Shown here: positions 1-12,675 of the stretch, one piece after another | Position numbering within the stretch: position 1 is the first letter of the stretch | Layout of the letters: every line of letters begins with the position of its first letter | NCBI GenBank assembly: GCA_017654855.1 | Contig: CM030334.1 | Span: 1,922,001 to 1,986,000 of the forward strand | Direction: 5' to 3' | Source: Podospora anserina | Taxonomy: Eukaryota | DNA length: 64,000 nucleotides | Notes under the pieces: model-generated | Told to the model about the DNA's origin: nothing | What the model saw: only the letters and a program-made list of their open reading frames with translations | Databases searched by the model: none | Position numbers and translations under genes: made by a program

Positions 1-869
1 TCATGACCAAGCATCGACAGGAAGTATTCCCTGACAACTTCGCGGTCTTTTGATTCCGTCATGAACCAAATGGAGCTTCCGGGCTTCTCGCCATTTTCAT
101 CGCCTGAAGCATCCACCATGATATTCTGACCCAAACTGGCGCACATTTCTCGATGCGCCGGGGTGTAGGTACCCTCATGACCAATGTAACACATCAGATT
201 CTGGGCGCGCATCGGCTCGGGCAAGCTGCTCATCAAATCTCCTGCCGGCGCAATGGACTTGGTGCCTTCGTTGAACATGTCAAAGTCGTCGTCACTTTGC
301 CCCATAGGACTCCGTTCGTCGACGTTCTCGTTCATGTAAAAGAGGCTGGGTGGAATGACCTTCTTTTGAAGGTACTCGTGCCATTCTGGTGGGCAGTCGA
401 TGTCTTTTAGGTAGAGTCGCTGTCGTCGTTCGTCGCGAAAGTTCTCGGGCGTCCACTGATTTGTCAACTGTTTCATGGAGCGCAGGTAGTGACCAGTGGT
501 CATGGGAATGTCGCATTGACCGACAATATCGCGAACGTTTTCCTCTGTCATTCAAGAATATTAGTACATGATAAGAGGTAAAGCGCAAGTCAACCTACGT
601 TTCTTATTGTACATCTCCTCCAACCACTTGGGACCAAAAAGGTCCTTGGGAAGTCGCCTGTTCCATTTCTCAATAACCAGTGGCTTCCCACCAAGTACCA
701 CATGAAGAACAACAAGCTTCTCAAACTCTTGAGGACCGATATTTTGAATCTGAGCAGCCGTGATACGAGCTACCCATTGAAAGTTTGGTGTTCTGTCAAC
801 GAGCGTGGGCAAATCGAGATCCGGCGGGATAGGGTCGAACTTTGCCTGGGGATGCTGAGCTGTCGGCAT
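1..869 (-). CDS. JmjC domain protein (partial, runs off the left edge)
   Basis: ATG at 869, intron 545-598 (GTAGGT...CAG). Spliced frame reads ...QRLYLKDIDCPPEW...AGDLMSSLPEPMRAQNLMCYIGHEGTYTPAHREMCASLGQNIMV...GSSIWF, with an HxE metal-binding motif typical of JmjC proteins. Confidence 0.85.
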
Positions 870-1524
870 CGTGACGGCGGGTGAAGCGACCTAGGCAGCG
901 GTTGCTGGCAGTCGCATTGTATTGTCGTGTTCTTGATGAGATGTATCGATGGAGAGAGGGCCATTTACATGTCGCTCGAATATGCTGCCGCAGCGTAGAT
1001 GGCAAAGTTAACCACATGCGCAGTCGCCGTCGCGTCGAACGCGATTCTTTGTGATTTCGCCGCGCCGGCTGAATTGAGAATGGAGGGGACTAGGATTCGT
1101 AATTGACAAGCAAAAGGCTGAGGTGGGGCAAATGCAGCTTGCAGCCAATCAACCGTCAGTTTGGCCCAAGAGCTGTCAGTCAGTTTGTGTGGCTCAGAAA
1201 TTTGACAAGGCTGAGACTGGTTCACATGCATGTGTGTATGTGTAAGGAAGTGTCGGTGGGAAGGTCGGGATTTTGAGAAAAAGAGGAATTGTATAAGGGA
1301 GCAAGAAGGTTTTATTTGAGGAGAGGAAACTAGAGGCTATCTACGAGAAATACCTTCTGTTGGTTGCCTGGTACTCCAAAGTCTATTACAAAACGGAAGG
1401 CGGCAGCGCACAGGTGAGTGAGTTTCGGCTTCATGAAGAGAAAGCCACCCGGGGTTCATATGAAATAAACAACATCTGACATGTCACTAGATCCAATCGA
1501 TCACCAAATATCATCAGCCTTACC

Positions 1525-2730
1525 ATGTCAACATGTCACCGGCTCCTCCGGCTGCCTGCCTCGAGGCGAGCACTATCAACTACCAAAACCACAAGCAAAC
1601 CATGGCTCCCCTCTCAGTCATATACCCGCCTCTCACCAACACCACGACATCTCTCCCTCCAGCTCTCCACCCCCAGGTCCCTCATAGCCTACCACACAAC
1701 CTCTAAACTTCTAACTCAGACCACAACCACTCCAGCTCCCTCCCCCCCACCACAAATCTACACCCCCCCCTCAACCGGCCTCCTCTCCCTCCTCCCCCCT
1801 AGTTGGGTCCCCTACGCAGAACTAATCCGCCTCGACAAGCCCGCCGGAACCTACTACCTCTACCTCCCCTGCCTCTTCTCCACCCTCCTCGCCGCCCCCC
1901 TCTCCCACTCCCCCCCCTCAACCGTCCTCACCTACTCCCTCCTCTTCCTCTCCGGCGCAATCATCATGCGCGGAGCAGGCTGCACAATAAACGACCTCTG
2001 GGACCGCAACCTTGACCCGCACGTAACCCGCACCCGCCTCCGCCCCATCGCCCGCCGCGCCATAACCCCCCTCAACGCCCTCCTCTTCACCGGCGCCCAG
2101 CTCCTCACCGGCCTCGCCATCCTCCTCCAATTCCCCACCTCCTGCTTCTACTACGCCACCCCCTCCCTCCTCCTCGTCACCCTCTACCCCTTGGCAAAAA
2201 GAGTAACCTACTACCCCCAGTTCGTCCTCGGACTCACCTTCTCCTGGGGCGCCATCCTAGGTTTCCCCGCTCTGGGCGTGGATCTCCTATCCAACACCGC
2301 AGCCTTGACCGCAGCAGGTCTCTTATACGGGAGTAATGTTGCCTGGACGGTCTTGTACGACATGATCTACGCCCATCAGGACATCAAGGATGATGCCAAG
2401 GCCGGCATCAAGAGTATTGCGCTCAAGCACGACAAGGAGACGAAGCAGGTTCTTACCGGGTTGGCGGTCGTGCAAGTTGCCTTGTTGGCGGGAGCCGGAG
2501 TTGCCACGGGGGCGGGGCCGGCGTTCTTCATTGGGGGTTGCGGTGGTGCAGCCGCTACGCTGGGCTTCATGATCAAGAGGGTCAACTTGAAGAGCGTCAA
2601 GGATTGCTGGTGGTGGTTTGTGAATGGGTGCTGGATCACGGGAGGTGCCATCAGCTTGGGGTTGGGGGCGGACTATTTGGTTAGGTATTATTCTGAGGAC
2701 GAGAAAGCAGTCGAGAAGGAGGAACAGTAG
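1525..2730 (+). CDS. COQ2: 4-hydroxybenzoate polyprenyltransferase, mitochondrial (UbiA family)
   Basis: 401 aa ORF with LIRLDKPAG, MRGAGCTINDLWDRNLD, YDMIYAHQDIKDD motifs and an Arg/Ser/Thr-rich presequence. Confidence 0.97.
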   Translation: MSTCHRLLRLPASRRALSTTKTTSKPWLPSQSYTRLSPTPRHLSLQLSTPRSLIAYHTTSKLLTQTTTTPAPSPPPQIYTPPSTGLLSLLPPSWVPYAELIRLDKPAGTYYLYLPCLFSTLLAAPLSHSPPSTVLTYSLLFLSGAIIMRGAGCTINDLWDRNLDPHVTRTRLRPIARRAITPLNALLFTGAQLLTGLAILLQFPTSCFYYATPSLLLVTLYPLAKRVTYYPQFVLGLTFSWGAILGFPALGVDLLSNTAALTAAGLLYGSNVAWTVLYDMIYAHQDIKDDAKAGIKSIALKHDKETKQVLTGLAVVQVALLAGAGVATGAGPAFFIGGCGGAAATLGFMIKRVNLKSVKDCWWWFVNGCWITGGAISLGLGADYLVRYYSEDEKAVEKEEQ

Positions 2731-3271
2731 GCCAATGTTCGATGCCACAGAGGAAGCTTGACAGCAAAGAGTCAAAATAGAGCACCCGATCTTGTACGAC
2801 ATTACAACTCATATAAAGCCCGGCACATAAAGAAGTGGAGGAACAACACCCGACCTGGAAGCTTTAATAGGTACAGAACCTCCCTAAGCCACTGTCCAGA
2901 GAGAGGCAAGACATAAAATAGCACTCAATCCAACCAAGAGAGACAGACCACAAAGATGAGGAGGGCACTCGGCGTGATTTTATTCGGACTCGTAATGATA
3001 TTCATGTAACCATTATCTCCAGCATAGAGCAGTCCGAGGGCTCTTTGCCTAAAAGATGTAAGCTTCCCAAATGACGCCATTCCCATAAAATCATCTTGGC
3101 CGGTCGGATCGTCGTGGTTCGGTGTGAAATGATCTCTTATTCTTCGGACCAAACCTACCCCGTGAGAGCCCAGACTCCCCCAACCCGAAAATGGTATGCT
3201 GATGAAAACAAGCCTCGCAGACTCCTCATGCCAACCCTTGTACCACTTTTTGTCTTGAGAGTGCCCCGCAC

Positions 3272-3931
<660 letters not shown>

Positions 3932-4390
3932 ATTTGCTAGACGTCGAGAGAGTTGATGTTAGTTGACCTGGTAGACTTTGATGGGATCTCGCAATTGCTG
4001 ATGAGATGTGGATTGCAATGGTAGCGGGGCGGGGCGTACGTACCGACTTGTTGATTGACGCTGGACTCTGAGGTTCGTGATGGGCGGAAAGTGTCACCGA
4101 AATTTTGGACCGTCAGCCGAGTTTCGCAGTAGGGCGTGAAAACCCTACCTTTGGATTGGGCGGTGGGCTGTTTCTGCCTGAGGCACCAGCCCCCGCTAGG
4201 AAAAGTGTGGGGAGGCGAACTTGGAGGTGGCCAGTGCGCCCTTGTGATCAAGCACGGGCCTTCACCTGTGGCTTGGCAGAGCTTGAAGCTCATCTTGTCG
4301 TTGAACTTTATCATCACCGCCATCAACATATTCACTTTTCACAGAGGTTCATCATATCTGTCGTTTCGAATACCTTCAAGACATGTAGCA

Positions 4391-5302
4391 ATGTCTCAAC
4401 CAAACAAAACGCCCCTCAAACCCCGCGACCCACCGCCATCCCTCTTCCTGCACCCCTCAGCAGCTCCATCCCACGCCTCACTCACCAACACTCAACCCCA
4501 ACCCTCTTCCTCTCACCCACCACCACCACCAGGCAGCTCCCGCCCCGGCTCCTCCCTCCTCCGCACCCCACCAGAACCCTTCAACTCCCCAGGTGTCACC
4601 TCGATAGCCTCCCTAACATCCCCAGCAACAATCAACACCACCGCCGCCGCCCCCGGCTTAGGAGGTCTCGCCTCCCCCTTACAACCCGGCCGCAATGCCG
4701 GCGGGTTAGGCATCACCAACCTCCCCCTTCTCCCCAGGCAAGAGTCCACCCGCGCAACTGATAGGACAGATGCCCTATGGGCAGAGATGCAAGCCACCCT
4801 CGAGGAAGTCGAGCTCTCGGCCAGCGGCGGCACGCGCGTGTTTGGACCTGACCACGAGAGGAAGCTTGACGAGCTGAGGATGGCGCAGATTGCGCTTGCT
4901 CAGGCGTGGGCGAGGAGTGAGGCTGATGAGGCGATCGAGCTCGCTAAGCCGGGGGAGACTACGGCTGCTGCTACGAGTGCTGGGGGGCCGGGGACTCAAG
5001 GTGAGGGGGCGAATACGGAAGGGGGGAAGAGTACAGTTGGAACAGGGAGTGTCCCTCCTGGTGCTAGGCCGGGGAGTAGGAGGGGAGGTGGGATGGAGGA
5101 GGAGACGGATGTGGATATTTTGCTTGCGAGGAAGAGGAGGGAGGCGAATGATAGGTATTTTCAGAGGGTGAATCAGGGGGTGCTGGATGTGGTTGCGAAG
5201 TTGGAGGAGGTGGCTACGGCGATGAGGGCGGTGGAGTTGGAGAGTAAGGAGATTTGGGGGGATGGGGAAGGAGAGAGTGTTGCTGGGAGTTCAAAGAGTT
5301 AA
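4391..5302 (+). CDS. Hypothetical fungal protein (Pro/Ser-rich N-terminus, helical C-terminal half)
   Basis: First ATG at 4391 in a long ORF with protein-like blocks DALWAEMQATLEEVEL and ARKRREANDRYF. Divergent from RPS23. Confidence 0.8.
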   Translation: MSQPNKTPLKPRDPPPSLFLHPSAAPSHASLTNTQPQPSSSHPPPPPGSSRPGSSLLRTPPEPFNSPGVTSIASLTSPATINTTAAAPGLGGLASPLQPGRNAGGLGITNLPLLPRQESTRATDRTDALWAEMQATLEEVELSASGGTRVFGPDHERKLDELRMAQIALAQAWARSEADEAIELAKPGETTAAATSAGGPGTQGEGANTEGGKSTVGTGSVPPGARPGSRRGGGMEEETDVDILLARKRREANDRYFQRVNQGVLDVVAKLEEVATAMRAVELESKEIWGDGEGESVAGSSKS

Positions 5303-6603
5303 TTGTTTCTTTACGCTATGTTTGGGAGAGATATTGTGGGCTTGATTGAGTTCAAGATACAGACATGTTTTGGAGTTTCGACAGGACACACAGCATGTTC
5401 GGCGTATTCAGCATTGCTAGGCGTTGAGGGAATATACCTGGTACCACATCGTGGTTCGGGAAAAGTAATACAAGGCGTCATACTCCTTTCTATGGTTTCT
5501 ATGTCTTGGGAATCATCAATATCAAGCTCAGTTATAGTCACCGGGTTCTTCAATGATGTCAATTTGTCAACCGGCAGGCAGGGATGTGCATCACCTCTTG
5601 AGCGCAAGTGGCTTGGCAGCGAGTTGGTGAAGACCCCAGTCATCGGCCGTGGGGGTGGTGAGAGCTTGGACTCGCTTGAAAAAAAAGTTTATATTGACCT
5701 TGTGAATGAGGGGAAGATATCAGGCAAAGAGTTGTAGAGATCGGATCCAGCATTTGTTGAGGATATATAAGACGTCTTCAACAACTACGAGACGTCCGAA
5801 GACTGGACCTCTGGACCAGTTCCACGTGTGATGGATTCCTCGGGATGTCCCACCATTCTGCACCGAAAGCGCCGGTTTGCCTCGACTCCACTCGCCGTCA
5901 TTCTTCCGCTTTGCCGGTCGGCTTGTGTTGGAGCCTGCTGATTCGCAGCACGAATGGAAGCTCGTCCGAAGGCACCTCCAGGGACCTCGGCGGACAGGAG
6001 TTGCGACGTCAGTTGTCACTGGGCTGGGCTCAGTGCCGGACATCTGCAGCATGGCAGCATGCCAATGTTTGTGGCCTCAGAGGTTCATAAAGATGGGAAT
6101 AGGAACCTGGAATGCTATTGCAAAAGATACCCATCTGAGAATGCCCTCAAACAAAGCGCCGCCACACTGAACCGTTGTTTTCAGCCTAGGTGGTCCTATT
6201 CTAGATTGAAATCGCTACGGCGCCCTGCAGCCCCCAGAATTTAGAACCCTGTGTACCTGGAGCGCGCTGTAACGTGCGTCAATTGTCGCAAACCTTGTTC
6301 CCTGTATTTTCTTTGCCTGCCCGCCGCCCGCCGTGCCCCAGCCTGTTCCTGTCCCGTCTCGGGGGACGGTATCCTAACCCACCTCAAAATTTCCGGCGGC
6401 CAGCCTCTCGATCTTTTCGACAACTCTCCGCTCCGTCTACACACCCAGTTCCGGCCTCTGGTCAAGTTGTCCTTTCTTTACCTTCTTCTCCCGCTTCTTT
6501 CCCTCCCGACTCCTACTCCGTCTCCGGATTTCAGGCCAGTTCTAGCTTCCGCCCACCTCTTTTTTTAGCCAGTCACCGAAACCGGACCAGCATCACCGAC
6601 AAG

Positions 6604-7653
<1,050 letters not shown>

Positions 7654-8682
7654 ACGGGCGATAGTGGGGCGGGTTCCGGGGATAGGAAGTGCGGTAGCAG
7701 TGGTGGTGGTAAGGAAGAAGAGGAAAACAACATGGAGAAACAGGATGCCTAGAAGTCAGCCGATTGTAAAGAAGAAAGCGAGCGGCTCGACTACTTGCTG
7801 TTTCTGAGCGGGTGCCACTAAAGTTCCCGTGTTTATATGAGGGAGCAGGTTTACTGCTTCTCTGCTGTTGGAGTTGAGTGATCCCAGTTGGAATCTGGGA
7901 GGGATAAAAAGAGGGGTGTGGTGGATTCGGTATATACCCGGATTGTTCAACAAACCAACCAGCATCATTTTTTTCTCCTTTGCCCTTTACCATTGAACCT
8001 CCCTAGGTACCTACCTACCTCTCCTCGAGATTCACACAAAATCAAAACAAAATTTCAAAGCAGAAGCGAAGTAGCGAGCGAGAATGTGTAATGAAATGGA
8101 ATGAGGGTGGAAAAAAGGGACAAAAAGCGTGGCCATGCTTACACACTGTATTATCACGACCATGTAGAAGAAGAAACCAAAAACCGTTATTAACTTTTCA
8201 TTCGCTGCGATGGAAAACGTAAAGCGAGCCGAAAAACAAACCTACCCGGTACCCAAAGCTTCACAGTGGTCATGTCTAGCTAGTAGCCTGTCAAAGAGTC
8301 TGAACCAGATCGCCTCATGACCAGGTTTTGTCATGACAGTAACCTACGAGGAAGTATTCCATCTTCCCTGTGCATCTGTCGTCGACTTTCAACACAGCTT
8401 CCCTCGAACTTCTCGCGCCCAGTAGACGTAACAACGTGCCTCAATGACTTGACCAAAAGTTGTCTACACAGATGCCATGATCGACGAGTATCACCCCCGC
8501 CTATATACCAAGGATGTGAATCTCTAATATAACTCCCATCCCACAAAATACTCCCTTCCCCACAAACCCAGGTCAACCCCCTCCCCGCCAGCAAAAGGGA
8601 TCTCTACCATAGTTAGCCCTACCAAACAAACAGTCTGCCATATAAAATCCCACCCCCTAGCCGAATCCTCCCAACCCAGCCC

Positions 8683-9285
8683 TCAAACCAAGTGCCTAAA
8701 CCCCCAAAACCCAAGACCATATATACCAATCAAAAAAACCAAACACACTCCCGTCCTGGCCCTGTCCATCCTCTTCTTCCTCTCCCTCCTCTTCAGCACG
8801 TACAGCGACACTCTACGACAGAGTGGACACCTAAAGGTGATTTCCAGCCAGGGAAGGATACACTTCTCTGCGTTTAGACAACCGTCAACCCACCGTTTAG
8901 ACATACCATTCTTTGGTCAAAACTCACTGTGAAATATATGTCCACATCCAAGCCTAACCAACCCCCGAAGCTTAGCCTCAAAACATATAGCACACGGATC
9001 CCCTTTTTGTTGTCCCCGAGGGGCCCGGGGTCTGGATCGATTGCGTCTGTTATCAACGACGGGAGGGTCATCAGGTGAACAATCAGTATCGTATATTATC
9101 AGCAAGAGGTGAAAGAGTATAAAAGCGAAGAATAGCTTGACAAGTTCTCCATATTGGGGTGTGAATGGTTCGGGTGTGTTGTTGACGACGACGGGAGGGA
9201 CATCAGCTGTGCAATAAGCCACGACTATTCTCACCAGGAGGTAGAGGGAGTATAAAAGGGATGAGTAGCTCGACAAGTTCTTCAT
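8683..9285 (-). CDS. Small RING-H2 finger protein with hydrophobic N-terminal segments
   Basis: An intron at ~8868-8927 (GTGAGT...CAG) joins CAIC...CGHIFH to KKCILPWLEITFRCPLCR, completing a C3H2C3 ring. The 3' end is uncertain. Confidence 0.7.
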
Positions 9286-9601
9286 TTTGGGGTGTTATGG
9301 TGGTGGTTGCTTGGTGGTGAGCTTGTGGCATGTACAGCGAGGAGATAAAGTCTTCTTGTGTGCAAGACGAACTTTCATGGTTGGTGGCTGAAGAGAAGCT
9401 TAATGATTTTGGCAGTTGGAAGCTCGCGGCAAAGATAGACTTTTTGAGGCTTTTCATCTGGGAAATAAATCTTCCACATACTCTTTTTTTTAAGCACACT
9501 CCTCCGCTTGACAGAACCTATTCTCTGTCAATACACCCGCCCATCTACTACATCGACCACTTCATCATCCATCACCACCCTTCACCCAACCCCAACCCCA
9601 T

Positions 9602-10118
9602 ATGACATCAAGCGCACGCAAAATGAGTTCACCCCCCGCCTCCCCCCCAATCTCACTTTCACAACCACCCTCACAACCATCCCCCTCGGATATGAAACCC
9701 GCCAAAAAAATCTTCAACTTCCCCCTCCCTCCAGATTCAGGAAGATGTTTGATCTGTTTAGACAAAATCACACCCTCCCACTGGGACCGCGAAACCGTCA
9801 TCAGCTGCGGGTGCTGGTTCCATGGTATGTCCCCTCACTCACAACCACTCTCACAACCAACCACTAACACCTTTCTTACCAGAGGAATGCTTCAGCCGCG
9901 CGCTCGCCAGACAACAAGAACAAAAGACATGCCCTCACTGCCGCAAAGTCATGAACCCCCTATGGCTCCTCCACTGCCTTGTACCAAGCTATATCCGACA
10001 GACCCATATGTGTTCTCACCACACATGTCCAAGGCCGCCGTTACCCGACCATCACATTGACTTTTGCGGAAGAACCCGACGCCGACACTCCTCAACCGAG
10101 CCCCTCAGGAACGAATAG
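9602..10118 (+). CDS. Small degenerate RING finger protein
   Basis: An intron at 9825-9882 (GTATGT...CTAAC...CAG) joins CLIC...CGCWFH to EECFSRAL...CPHCR. Start and 3' end are uncertain. Confidence 0.6.
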
Positions 10119-10502
10119 CGCAATAGATGGGGATATCCCAAGTGCTGGGCAGGAGGAAAGCGAGAACTGACTCAATACTCAAGAGAAAGGACAAAGTCAT
10201 GAAATGTTGAGTCTCCTCGGCTCAATATGGCTGAGCGAAGGCGGGCATCTAGGCCATGCAAAGAATAGGCGCTGAATGGCAATAAGAATCGAGTCGGTAC
10301 AAATACCCAGCTAGAAAATATCGTCAACTCGCATGGCCTCTTTGAACAAACCACGTGCCTCCGGTTTTGGTTCGACGATGCTTCGAGATCATCCTGGAGA
10401 GAAAAAGCAGAGGGGCTTTTGCGACTCTCCATCTGGAGAAAACCCTGATATCGTCCACCAGATCCTTTCCCGTGAGGAAAAAGGTTTGTCGTGAGCAGCT
10501 GG

Positions 10503-11618
10503 TCACTTATCAAGCCCCCTCGCCTTGATAAACCTCTTAATATTATCCCTCACAACCAAATCCTCATACTGCTCATGGCAGTCATAAAACGAGATGATCT
10601 CCTGTGTGCAGTCAATCATCCCCTCAATATCGATATTGCTCTCCGCAAGCCAGTTTGTAAACCGCTGCATCTTGGCAATCTTGGGGTCAGTGGGGTTGGA
10701 CCCGTCCCCGAGCTCTCTACCCCCCTGAGAGGAGAAGTTTCCCCCAGCGAAGGACCCTTGAGGAGTCAGGTTTGGCGTTCCTGGTCCGCTGTTGCCTCCC
10801 ATCGCCGCCGCCCGGGCTTGTGATTGTGCTTGGGCATGTGCTAGAGCATTAGCTGCCATTACCAACCCTCCACTGTTCCCCGCGGCATTGGCCCCTCCAG
10901 CTGCGTTTTGGCGATTGTAACATGTTATCGCCAGCAAGATGGCTGTCAGTCCGATGATGTGCGGTGGGTATAGAAGGGGGAGGTCGGTCATGTAGTGGTC
11001 GTTGATGGCCTGCCATGCCGCTTGTGACTCCTCTGGCGTTAGATTGAATTCCCCTTGGAGTTGGGTCAGTGTCCGGTAGGGCTGGTGGACGATCAACTGG
11101 GAGCTCATCTCGGAGATGAGAAAGAACTCGCACTCGCCCAGTTTCGAGGTGTCTTGACCATGGAAGGTTTCTGGCCATAGAACTCTAGCTTCTTGGACGA
11201 TGAGCCGGATGTGCTGTGGGCATTCCTCCATTTTGCAGGCGAGGTAAAGGGAGGTGGCTACGAGAAGGTAGGGGTTCGTACGGCGGATCTCGACGCGGGT
11301 GTAGAATCGTTTGAGGTAGACTTGAGCAGTTGCCAGTGCTTGTTGACGTACACCGAGGCGCTTGGCAAGATGGTTGAACTCTATGGTTGGAGATGCTGTT
11401 AGCCACCCATGACATTGACGATGATCCAAGAAGAAGAAGAAGAAGAAGAAGGGCATACGTCGGTTTAAGTAGATATTAATGTGACGCAATTGCGGCAGGG
11501 GATACATGTGGACAAGATTCGGGTCCTCATCCTCGAGCTTCTGTCGCATCGCAGCCAGCTCCTCCTTGGTAAACTGCCAGTACCGCCGCTGGGTCGATTC
11601 CCAGTAATTGGCCGCCAT
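10503..11618 (-). CDS. SSN8: Cyclin C, Mediator kinase module subunit
   Basis: MAANYWESTQRRYWQF...ATAQVYLKRFY...YLACKMEECPQHIR. In-frame 78-nt intron 11381-11458 containing a (TTC)n run. Confidence 0.97.
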   Translation of the reverse strand: MAANYWESTQRRYWQFTKEELAAMRQKLEDEDPNLVHMYPLPQLRHINIYLNRRMPFFFFFFFLDHRQCHGWLTASPTIEFNHLAKRLGVRQQALATAQVYLKRFYTRVEIRRTNPYLLVATSLYLACKMEECPQHIRLIVQEARVLWPETFHGQDTSKLGECEFFLISEMSSQLIVHQPYRTLTQLQGEFNLTPEESQAAWQAINDHYMTDLPLLYPPHIIGLTAILLAITCYNRQNAAGGANAAGNSGGLVMAANALAHAQAQSQARAAAMGGNSGPGTPNLTPQGSFAGGNFSSQGGRELGDGSNPTDPKIAKMQRFTNWLAESNIDIEGMIDCTQEIISFYDCHEQYEDLVVRDNIKRFIKARGLDK

Positions 11619-12675
11619 GTTTGATGTTGTAAAAGAGCCATCTGCCCGCAGCTTCTGAGGCTTCTATCACCGAAAAACAAATAAGGCTGTCATTGGAAGT
11701 GTGGATCTCTGGGAAGCCGTTTGCTGGCAACAGATGATGGTGTAATTAGTGTTCTTTTTAAGCAGGGCTGCTGTATTGACAGGCCGCATCTTATCGCGTT
11801 GCCCGATCGCGCGAGGCTACCGACTATCAGCGGCCTGGCCGAGGCTGGCCAATGAGTGGACAGGGAATAGGATGACGCGCGTGGACCAGAGTGGGGTAAG
11901 AGTGACAAACAGCTTCTTGGCCTCCAGGTCACGAGGTACCTCTTAACAGTTTTCTTGGCCAGCGCGGGGATGATGCGGGCAAGCAGCTTGTAAAAAGGAG
12001 GTCAGAGTACGTAACAACTGGTCTTGGCTGTTTAGAAGAAAGTTCTATTGAATATTGCGTTTTGTATATAAAGAGCCTCTGCTCAGCTGAGCGAGTTGTT
12101 GGAAGGTACCTTGACTCAAATATAGATATCTGATATCTAGGTTGTTATCTCGTGCTCAATTCATTGGACACCTGCTTTCGGCCCGCCTTTTGGTTTCTGC
12201 CACTGTCCACCCCCCCTTGCGGATCCCGAACACCCCAAGATTTCCCGGCAACAACAGCCTCGAAGCTGTGGAAGAAGAGGGTCCCTCTATATTTTCCGAT
12301 TCTTATCGCAACCGCCATGCAACAACCAGACAGTCGGAGCTGAACCTTCAAGCGTCGATCACTTTTTGGGCCGTTTCTCTCTCCTACGATGACCTGCCGT
12401 TAGCCTTGGCTCAAACACTGTCTCAACCCGTTGACATTTAAACGACTGTTGATCTATTTTTACCACTGGCCTTGGGTGCTGGGGAATTTCCCTCATACGT
12501 CATAAGCGCGACTCGAACTACCCGCCGTCATTGCTAGCTACCGCTCCTAAACCTTGCGCCTGATACTGCCATATACGATTCGATACGATCTCCCCCGCGA
12601 TTGCGACTACTGCATGTCGAAACGCCCTCGTCGCGGCCGAAGAACCACATACGATGAGATAGTGGGGGTGCGGGA

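Noticed and set aside
11381..11458. Poly-Phe insertion in cyclin C
   Set aside because: It lies in an in-frame intron with canonical donor, branch site and acceptor.
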